This document shows, piece after piece, positions 33,756 through 43,424 of a stretch of 43,424 bases of DNA. This DNA comes from Folioceros fuciformis (Eukaryota). The notes below the pieces were generated by a model. That model searched no databases and had not been told where the DNA came from. It saw only the letters and a list, made by a program, of their open reading frames with translations. The stretch covers positions 91,673-135,096 of the forward strand of contig JBNGIO010006327.1 of assembly GCA_049999805.1 (NCBI GenBank), given 5' to 3'. Every line of letters begins with the position of its first letter. Positions within the stretch are counted from its first letter, which is position 1. The position numbers and the translations under genes were made by a program.

Positions 33756-36700
33756 ATGGTGGACGGAGGGTTGTCGAGGATGAGTAGGAGGTCGGAGGGT
33801 AGAAATAGATCCGTCAGTGGCATTGCTGACATGAAGACTGCGGAGAAGGACAAGAAAAAGATGTTTGCTGTCGGAGCCATGCGTGCCGCTGTTTTTGCCA
33901 CAAGGATCAAGCGCCTGGGGAGGAAGAAAAAGTCGAAGGCTAGTGACAAGTCTTTGTCAATTGAGGATCGGAGAGAAGAAACTGATCACCAAGCTGTGGA
34001 AAACTTCCGTCAAGTTCTTCTGTCCAGCCACCTGCTTCCGGAGGCTCATGATGATTATCATTCCCTTCTCCGGTCTGTCTCGTGTTTTGATCGTTCTCCT
34101 AAGAACAGCATGCTTCGGGTTGCTTTCAACATTGCAATGAATGAAGTAGAATGACTCTAGTCTACGGATGTTTTTTGCCTGAGGGATATGAAATGTGATG
34201 ATTTTGTTCCTCCTGTTATGTACAACTCACCTCAGCACCTTGTTGTCAGCTTTCTTCGGGCTCGAAAATACAACGTCGAAAAAGCAAAGGAGATGTGGCA
34301 GAACATGCTTGCCTGGAGAGCTGAAGACTCGGTTGACACATTAGAGGAAGTAAGGACTGTGTCTCGCTCTAGTGGATTTTAACTGGCCCTTCCATTGTAA
34401 CGTGATTTGTATAATTACATGCAGGATTTCGACTATCAAGAGCTTAACGAGGTGAAAAAATATTATCCCCAAGGGCATCATGGTGTGGATATGGACGGTA
34501 GGCCTGTGTACATAGAGAGAATTGGGAAAGCCCAACCGAGCAAACTGTTGCAGATAACAACAATGGATAGATATATCAAGTACCACATTTTAGAGTTTGA
34601 AAGGACACTGAAGAAGAAGTTCCCAGCCTGCTCAATAGCATGCAAGAAGCATATAGATTCGACAACAACCATTCTGGATGTTGGTGGTGTGGTAAGTTTC
34701 TTATTGTTGTTTTGGAAGATAGTAGCAGGAACCTAAACCTGGATGGCACCCAGAATTTCATACGGTTTTGCAGTTACCACTCCTGTAGGAATAGAATTTT
34801 TCTGCAGGGGCACAGCACAGCATGTATCCTTGGCATGCAATCTGATCTGGATAGTTGTCTGGGTTTTACTGTACATCGCGCGTCCAACTTTTACCCTTTT
34901 GTGTACAGGGCTTCAAAAATTTCAGCAAGGATGCTCGAGAACTACTGATGAGGATACAGAAAGTGGATGGCAGCAATTATCCGGAGGTTTGCGACGGAAT
35001 GCATCTCGTTATGACGCCTATTAGGAATTCCTTCTAGTATTCCAGCATAGCAAAATAGTTCTGTGACATTGCTGCAAATCTTGAGACCATCACTGAATGG
35101 CTGGCTGAACATCTGGTTTGCAGACTTTGTGCAGGCTGTTTGTCATCAACGCTGGACCTGGTTTTAAAATGGTTTGGAACACCGTCAAAGGTTTTATAGA
35201 CCCTGACACCGTCAAAAAGGTTCAGGTAGACAGTTTATTTGGTTGGGCGTCTCTGCATTTCTTGTTACCCTGTTCTGGTAACGGATTGGAGTTCAGGAAT
35301 GTTTCTGCTGCTGCCAGGTTCTTGGTTCTAAATATCAGAGCACGCTCCTCGAAATCATTGAAGCCAGGTGTCTATCCTTTCTTTCCCTTACTAGCTTTTA
35401 CTACTGAATAGGATAGCTGTAAGGTGCATCCAGAGTACTCAATCTTGTTCTTGTTTCCAGTGAGTTGCCTGAATTTTTTGGTGGCACATGCTCCTGCCCG
35501 AATGAAGGTGGCTGCCTATATTCTGACAAAGGTCCATGGAACGACCCGGATATCATGAAGGTGGATAACAGAACCTAGATTTATCCTTTCTGACTAGAAT
35601 GTTCCTTCTGACATCACATGTCATTCCAGCACTGCGCACTTGTGCATCTTCAATAATTAAATGAACAAGACAAGAGACTGGAAGTAATGGCTTCAGCTCG
35701 TTGAATCATTTGAATTACCGTAAGATCTCTAAGTCAGTAGATATGTGTCCAGTCACAGCTGATACTTGCGTATCACAAGGGTGTATTGCTCTCGGCGTCT
35801 CTCTTGTTGAGCCGCCTTTTGTGATAGCTTGTGGTAGATAGGTGCTGATCCTGTTTTTCCTTGTTGTCAGGCGGTTAACGAAGGGAAAGCTCGGAGTGCC
35901 ACGCATGTCGTTCTCACGTCAAATGGGGACGTGCTAGAAGATGTAAGTTGTTTGTGTGAGTGATTTGGTGTTGTACGTCAGCCTGTTTGGATGTCACCAT
36001 ACTCAAATTGCACATTGATTTTGTCAAACAGTGTCGTCCCCGTGCTTGGGGACTGCATATGCATAAGGCATTATTCTCACATAAGTAACGAAAGTGCGTT
36101 GTTGTTCCAGAGCGTAGCCTCAACTCGATCCGTAGACAGCACAGAAGATTCAGTTAACGGTGGTGGGGGGACCAGCAGACCAGCCGAACAGGTCTTTTTC
36201 TCCAAAGCTCTGACGAAGATAACAGAACACCTGGTTTTCGGTGTTACAGCACAGAAGCGAGTATGAGAGCGGGCGTAGTAGGCATTTCTATTTGACTTGA
36301 TTTTGTTTGGCAGGACGTTCCCTCACAATCAAGCCAAATGGATTTTGTGGACAAGAAAGTCGATGGAGGCCAGGGTGACGCTGATGTTAAGTTGTCCCAG
36401 ACAGTTGGTAATGGCAGTCCGATCATCCAGCACAGTTGTCTTGTTGCATTCCGCTCGGACCATTTTCTGGTGTTTGGACTTTATTGTTGGACTGTTTTCA
36501 GGAAGCCTGGTTACCAAATGACCGCCCTTTCCCATCTTTGAAGATGACAGGTCGGATTCTGGGAGCAAGAGCTATGCTTTCCTAAGCGTTGGGACTCGCG
36601 TTCATTTGCTAATAAGCAGTCTCCTCTTTCTATTATTCCTACCGATGCGTTTATTCCAGTCCTTCCCTGTATGTACTTTGAAGAAACCCAAGGAATCTGA

Positions 36701-37128
36701 GCTGGAACCAGTTTCTACTGTGACAAGACTACGAGTTGTGGAAGGGGAATTGAGTCGAATGAGGAGTATGAATGAGGAACTGTCTGTGAAGTTGAAGGAC
36801 CTGGAATCATCTACACATCACATAGCTTCATTGAAAGCTGAGCTTGTCGAAACGAAGGAGGTAAGCTCTGCTCCAAGATGAGTGCTGATGAGGTTCGGGA
36901 CTGCGTTCTCAATTCATTGTGCTGTCCACGCACAGAGTCTACAATCGGCGCTAGTGAAGCAGGAGCAACTGGATGCAAGTTTGGAGGCCATCAAGGTTCA
37001 GCGTGTTGTGGTACGTTGCACTGAGCTGGTCCAGGAACAGCCAGCCAGTTTGACCCTCACATTGTTTGCAACTTACACATGGTCCGCGCATGCTATTCGT
37101 GCAGAGGAAGATGAATTGCTGGGCTTGA
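33756..37128 (+). CDS. SEC14-like phosphatidylinositol/phosphatidylcholine transfer protein (SFH, SEC14-nodulin type)
   Basis: [93 protein letters not shown]...GGCL.SDKGPW; C-terminal coiled coil ending RKMNCWA*. The true start may be an upstream exon at 33530 (MNRQDWRS...). Confidence 0.92.
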
Positions 37129-37430
37129 GATCATGGGACAATGGTCACATAATCCCGGAAGTTGTGGACGCAGCATAAGACGTTTGTATGGGTATATCAA
37201 TAAACAATCCTCGCCCCGTTTGCTCGTCTTTGTGTTCGCCGTGTGTAACCGGTGAGCAAACCAGTGAAGAGGATCTTGTTTTGTAAAGTGTAATAACCGT
37301 CGTGACGGAGTTTGTGGGGAACAGAAGCTCCTTTACCACCAGCTGTGTGGGTCCAGTCCATGCGTGGATGGTGGATCTCTTACCCCCTTTCGCCAGCAGC
37401 GCAGCTTTTCCTTTTTCCTGCATTTCCTCC

Positions 37431-37512
37431 GTGCGTAAGGCAAAGGCAGAAAGGCAGAGGGGAAGGGATGCGTGCGTAAGGCAAAGGTAGAGAGGCGAAG
37501 GGAAAGGGATGC
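37431..37512. repeat. 41-bp tandem duplication enclosed by a 19-bp inverted repeat
   Basis: GTGCGTAAGGCAAAGG..AGGGATGC occurs twice. The flanking arms are 37403-37421 and 37535-37553. Confidence 0.85.
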
Positions 37513-38863
37513 ACTTGGGCTGAGTCATTGCATGGCATGAAAAAGGAAAAGCTTCCCCTCCAATGAGAGACAGAGAGTGTGGCAAGGTGCTCTCCCCAAC
37601 CAGCAATGCTTGGCGCATTGTGTGTGATACATGGAGCAAAGTGCCAGCTGTATTGGAACATCCAGTGAAACGGGACCTGGAAAGCTGGCGTTTTCGTGGA
37701 CATGGATCTCATACAGTAATCTAGATGCGACTCTGGCAAGCTGGATCCAGGTCGCATGGGACCAAGTCAGAGTGGAATACAGAGATCACCCGGCGCGCGC
37801 CCACCAAGTGAAGCATGGTGGCAACGGGGCCCATTCGCTGCCGAGGACAGGACACGACACGACACTAGAGTACACTGCAGGGTCTCACCCCTCAAGTGTT
37901 TCAGCCTAACCTTCTCACCGTCGCAACAGGCCAATCCACGATGTCCCTTGAGGAAAGAACAGTGATGACCGGGTCTCCCAAAATGGAAACCGACGCTGGA
38001 CGGGAGTAAAAGCTGGAATTGAGATGTGTAATTGTGCATAGTGTTGTACATGTATCTTGCCAGGCTGACTCCTGGCCATGGTGAAGACTTGTGGCTACAA
38101 GGACTGACACCCGAGTATGGACTGCCACGTTTCTTTCGTAAGGCTGACATAGCAGATCCTTGATTTGTCATATCGGTGGGGTCAGCCTAGCCTACATCCT
38201 ACTCGCCTCCATCCTCCTTACCTCCTTCCTCCTCACCTCCATCCTACTTGTGGAGTCATATTCATCCCGGTCATACATTATTGCTAGTGGGTCACAGAAT
38301 TCCGATTACTACAACGCTCACTGTGAATGCTCGCCACTGCCCACGCCAAGAACAGATGCGCTTCCAGATAAAGCATGGCGGACTCGGTCACGGCGCAGGT
38401 TTCCTATTCGGCACCCAATACGCATCCATCCAAGCTGGGTCTCTGTGTGGGTCAAGTCAAGCCCCACGAGGCAGCCGCGTCCTCCTCTAACAGCTTTGCT
38501 TAAGCAGGCGGCCTAACAAGCCTGTTAATCAACAACACACCTCCACACGCTAACAAGTTGCCGCCTGGTTTGACCCAACTCTCCAGACGGAGCGTGTGCT
38601 TTGATTGCCATACTCGGTGTCAGCTTGGCCAACCCGGGCCTCAAGTTCTCACCCCTTTCCTCGTCCTGGATCGCTATCTGAGTTTCTTTTCTTTTTTTTC
38701 TTTTTTTTCTTTTTTTTAATTTCTTTATAAAAGTCACACAAGCCGTGAACACGGAATGCAGGAGAAAGTTCCCTGGTGACCGTGTGTGGCTATCATGGAT
38801 CCTTGCAGGCCTGCTTCACTCTGACAAGACGGAATCCAACTGCCTCACTTGGCGGCTTCGGCC

Positions 38864-41745
38864 ATGGCATTGTCCGCTCTCAAAGCCCGTGGCGCTGTCA
38901 CTACCATTCGCTACTTTCATGCCACTTCTGCAAATGCAAGAGGAGGAGTTATTCTGCAGCGCCCTGTGCCTCCTCCTCCCGGATGGGTTGGACGCCAAAA
39001 ACCACCGTTTCACAGAAGACGATCCTCCTGGCTTCTGGCCGTGGCAGCTAGGTGCACTATCCATGTCTTCCACCCTCCTCATGCATGAATGTTGATGAGA
39101 TAAGCAAGCAAAGACGAGTACTCTTTGCCTCAATTACCGCACCCAGGTCGGTAAAAGTCTAGATCGTGAAAAGCTGTCTCTTGACAGGTTACCTACGCAC
39201 TAGAGCGAAATTTGGCTTCTTCTAAAGGACACTGGACATACAGCAAGGGAACAAAGTTCCACGTTGTCTGATTTTCACAAGAAACCGACGCTTGGTTTTT
39301 CTTGGCAGTGGGTTAATTGGCGGATATCTTGGGCTGGCAGATGGGGCTCCTACAGAGCATCGTGATCAACTTGTCAAGAACCCTGCAGATAGAAAGAAAG
39401 TTATACTTTTAGGCACAGGATGGGGTGGCATCAGTTTCCTTAAGGAACTTGATACGACTCTATATGACGTCTATATCATCTCCCCTCGCAATTACTTTGT
39501 TTTCACTCCTCTACTTCCTAGCGTGACTGCTGGGACAGTGGAGTCTCGAAGCATCGTTGAACCAATCCGAAGGCTCCTCCAAAATGTTGGTTCATTTCAT
39601 TTCCAAGTGTTGATGTTGATGAGTGAACAGGAAGCAAGCAACAAAACATATTAAGTCTCCACAATTCCACTCTGATCCTTGTTCATGGTGCTTTGACAGA
39701 CAGATAAACAAGCTACATTTATTGAAGCTAGGTGTTTCAAGATAGATGCAGCAAATAAAAAAGTTCATTGTAGGGATGTATCAGCTATCAAAATTGAAGG
39801 AAAGGAAGAATTCTCCATGAGCTATGATTATCTTGTTATTGCTGTAGGAGCTGAGCCCAACACTTTTGGTACTCCAGGCGTGGTTGAATATTGTCATTTC
39901 CTCAAGGTACCATTTAAGAACACTACTCTTCCAAATTATGGGCTTCAAACTTGTACACCATATGGTGATTAGTTAACAATACATCAACATCAATTTTTGC
40001 GGTGTAGGAAGTAGAGCATGCTAAGAGGATACGAGAGACCATTCTAGATTGCTTTGAGAGTGCTAGTTTGCCACATTTGTCCAAGGAAGAGAAAGCAAAA
40101 TTACTACATTTTGTCATAGTAGGAGGTGGTCCAACTGGAGTAGAGTTTGGTGCAGAGTTGCATGATTTGATTCAAGATGATTTGTTGGTACTTTATCCTC
40201 ACTTACTAAACTATGTAAAGATTACTGTGCTACAATCAGCTGATCATATCCTTAACACGTGAGTATTCATTGGGTTTTTTCCTCATTTTTGCATGTGCCA
40301 CATCCATCACATGGGTAATCACCATTTCTTACATTTTGCAGATTTGATGAACGAATTAGCCAATTTGCTGAAAGGAAGTTTAGAAGGGATGGTGTTGATG
40401 TGCGCTTAGGTTGTAGGGTGCTTGCTATTGGTGATAAAGAAATAAGCTTAATCGAAAAGGCAACCAAAACTAGTGTAAAACTCCCATATGGAATGGTGGT
40501 TTGGTCTACAGGGATCGGAACACGACCCATGGTTGCTGACTTTATGGCGCAAATTGGTCAAGTATGTTGCTTCAACTTACCTTCACCATGTAATTCTCAT
40601 TCTTAAAATAAAGCATTACATCAATTCACTCTGAACACAATGCAGACAGATAGACGAGCTCTTGCAACTGATGAATGGCTTCGAGTGAAAGGATGTAATG
40701 AAGCATTTGCAATTGGGGATTGTGCATCCATTGAGCAAAGGAGAATCACGGTACAATAGAATTAAAGAAATGACAACCCAAGTGAAGCTTGAATTTCAAA
40801 CTAAGATGATTTGAACTACTTCTTTGAATGTGCAGGAAGACATATCATATCTCTTCAAGCTGGCAGACAAAGATAAATCTGGAACTCTTAGTTTGCAAGA
40901 ATTCACCGATGTTGTAGATGACATTAGAGGAAGATATCCACAAATTGATATTTATCTCAAACGCAGTCATTTGCAAGACATTACCAAGCTTTTAGACCCT
41001 TCTCTTGCAAAAGATAGTGGAGTTCAACTTAATATTGAACAGTTCAAGAAAGCAATAAGCCATGTGGATTCACAGATGAAAACTCTACCCGCCACAGCTC
41101 AGGTTGGTTTTGTATCAGTCCAAAAATGATTTGCTAATGATATCTTTTACTCATAAACCTTATTTTCATGGTCTTTTCAACGTCAGGTAGCTTCTCAACA
41201 AGGAGCATATCTTGCAAGTTGTTTCAACCATATGGCTATTGTGGGTGAGGCTCCCGTAGGTCCTATGAGGATTCGAGGATCTGGGAGACATCGATTTCAG
41301 CCCTTTCAGTACAGTGACTTATTTGAGATACTTTTTGTAATTTTGAGTGAAGGTGGAATAGATTTGTGTAATTTTTTTATAATTATATGTATGCTTATGT
41401 AAGTACCCATCTTTTGTTTCCTCTTCATTTCATATTAGATATCAGCATTTTGGACAATTCGCTCCTCTAGGAGGAGAGCAAGCAGCTGCTGAACTTCCAG
41501 GAGATTGGGTGTCTATTGGGCATAGCACCCAATGGTTATGGTATTCAGTATATGCAAGGTGAAAAAATCATTGTTAATAATAAACTTAATTTTTGCTTTC
41601 TCCAACATGTGAAAAAAAGCCTTGTGAATGGTACGATACATAAATTGGATTGTTCAGCAAACAAGTAAGTTGGCGTACTAGAGCACTTGTGGTGTTTGAT
41701 TGGACCAAAAAGCTCATTTTCGGAAGAGATTCAAGTCGCATGTAA
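38864..41745 (+). CDS. NDB: Mitochondrial external type II NAD(P)H dehydrogenase, NDB family (EF-hand), NDB1-like
   Basis: Arg/Ala-rich presequence-like exon 1; LGTGWGG; SPRNYFVFTPLLPS; VGGGPTGVEF; EF-hand DKDKSGTLSLQE; LPATAQVASQQG; WYSVYASKQVSWRTR; FGRDSSRM* at 41745. Ten exons with GT-AG introns. Confidence 0.96.
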
Positions 41746-42487
41746 GAAAGAATCCATGATCTTTGCTTTTCACTAAATTCTTATAGATAATACAAATCTT
41801 TGACTTTGGTCAATTAATGAAGATTCATTAAGAATTCAAAAGTCTTTCTTTAGTAAATTAATGAGTACTGTGACGACGGAGTTAATGAAAGTTGTTTGCA
41901 TCATGCTTCTGAAAAAGTCATGGAGCGCAAGCCAAAGAAGATGCCATGGTTCTACCTGGTGGTGGTAAGGGAGGAGGTGCCAATACATCAAGTAAATAAT
42001 ATTAAAAAAATGAAAAGATCTCAAAGAAGCTGTTATTGGACAAGAAAGTGGCGGGCCCATATAATGTACATGGTGGTTAGTTGTACCGCCTGCCTTGTGC
42101 TGAGAAGCTAGAATAAGGCTGGGCTGACAAAGTGAGGAATATGGGAGCTCATATTGTTCACCATGAGATTTCGTCGTCCAATTTCTGAGTTGATAGAAAG
42201 ATTCTATGGCCCCGACTTTCGTTTTTTTTGTGTCCCACAATCTTTTGCGTGAAGGAGCAGGAGGCGGCCCACCGGTCTGAATCGAGATTTTGAGGAGAAA
42301 AGGGGGTTGAAATAGTCGAGCTCGAACCAGAGACGAGGCATGTGCTCCCCCCATTGAAGGCTAGTGACAGCCGGTACTCGTGAGGCACATGGGGAGGACG
42401 GAGCACAGACAGGTGTCGGTGGCCCAGCTCCGAATATTTATTAATTACAAAATGTGGAAATGTTGTGGCACCGGGAATATGACAGGG

Positions 42488-42587
42488 NNNNNNNNNNNNN
42501 NNNNNNNNNNNNNNNNNNNNNNNNNNNNNNNNNNNNNNNNNNNNNNNNNNNNNNNNNNNNNNNNNNNNNNNNNNNNNNNNNNNNNNN
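42488..42587. other. Assembly gap (100 N)
   Basis: Run of N. Confidence 0.99.
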
Positions 42588-43424
42588 GGTCATAAACAGG
42601 GTAGGTGAGCCGAGCACGGGGAGACGAGGCGAGGGAGGGACAGAACTCCTGGCTCTCTGGGCCTCTCCTCTTTCCTTGCTGCTGCGCATTATGCCGGCCG
42701 GCCCTTTGTCGGTGGGCAGGGCTGTGGGACGGGACTCAGTCTTCTTCTTCCCTTCCGTTATATGTATGTATTGTATAACTGGTCTTTCCCTTCTCCCTCG
42801 TCGAGGGCCCCCTGCCATCTCGAGACAGGGGATGATCATTTGTTCGTGCACGCCTCTCCAACTATCGTGCTACAACCTTATTACAGTTAAGGTGGCGTGG
42901 TGTGGGCGAGGTGAGTGAGGCAAGGGGAGTCTATAACGGAAAGGGATGCTAGTGAACCGTACCTGTCAAGGTCAGTCAGTCGTGAGGGTCAAACGTCACG
43001 CGTAGCGTGTAGGTGTGCAGCAGCAGAAGAGGGCTCACCTAAGGGCGTTGTCTTTCGTGGGATTCGAACCGTGGACGCCTTTGGTTCGAAGGCTGGCATC
43101 CCGACCATCCCGGTAAGCACCGTGAAGCATGCTAAATGTGGTAGCCAATTACGCGATGAGTAAATGTTTGAAGAGGGCCATAATGGGCGGGGGACCGGGG
43201 CGATTGAATGGCGAATTGAATTGGCGGGTTGGCGCGGGACACCGGGCCGAGTCCTCATCATTGCACCATCGCCTGGTTGCGCCAGTTGCGCTGGTTGCGC
43301 CGGGGGAGGCCGGCCCCCACGGCGATATTAACACCGCGCTTGCCCTTGCCTCGGGTCAAAGGGGGGTGGGAGTGCCAAAGGGTGAGGTAAATGGCAGTTT
43401 TTAGAATTACTGTGCTCGTTGAGT

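Noticed and set aside
38160-38516. 118-aa ORF with a hydrophobic, signal-like N-terminus
   Set aside because: There is no ATG start, and the hydrophobic stretch derives from a 15-bp CCTCCATCCTCCT-type micro-repeat.
42588-43424. ORFs after the last gap
   Set aside because: No recognisable domain or consistent exon structure. Probably UTR, promoter or intergenic DNA of a gene outside the window.

Overview
Eukaryotic nuclear DNA from a land plant with a compact, gene-dense genome. Introns are mostly 60-150 nt and the gene core is GC-rich, which suggests a non-seed plant such as Selaginella or a hornwort (inference only). The first ~2.7 kb is a mosaic of AT-rich tandem repeats (37, 64, 20/32, 56 and ~61 bp units). 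Nine recognisable protein genes follow: a kelch-repeat protein (-), a secreted single-domain DUF26/Gnk2-like protein (-), carotenoid-type P450 CYP97B (-), NUP214 (+), NUF2 (-), Lunapark (+), a DEAH-box helicase (+), a SEC14/SFH protein (+) and an EF-hand external NAD(P)H dehydrogenase NDB (+). The most unusual feature is a tenth gene: a complete, intact Mn-dependent ADP-ribose/CDP-alcohol diphosphatase (ADPRM) ORF nested on the SAME strand inside the 1.7-kb intron 10 of CYP97B. It is bracketed by a perfect 13-bp direct repeat, and a candidate splice acceptor would join it in frame to the upstream CYP97B exons. There are three 100-N assembly gaps. Gene names come from recalled similarity to known plant proteins, not from database searches, and exon boundaries were read by eye.
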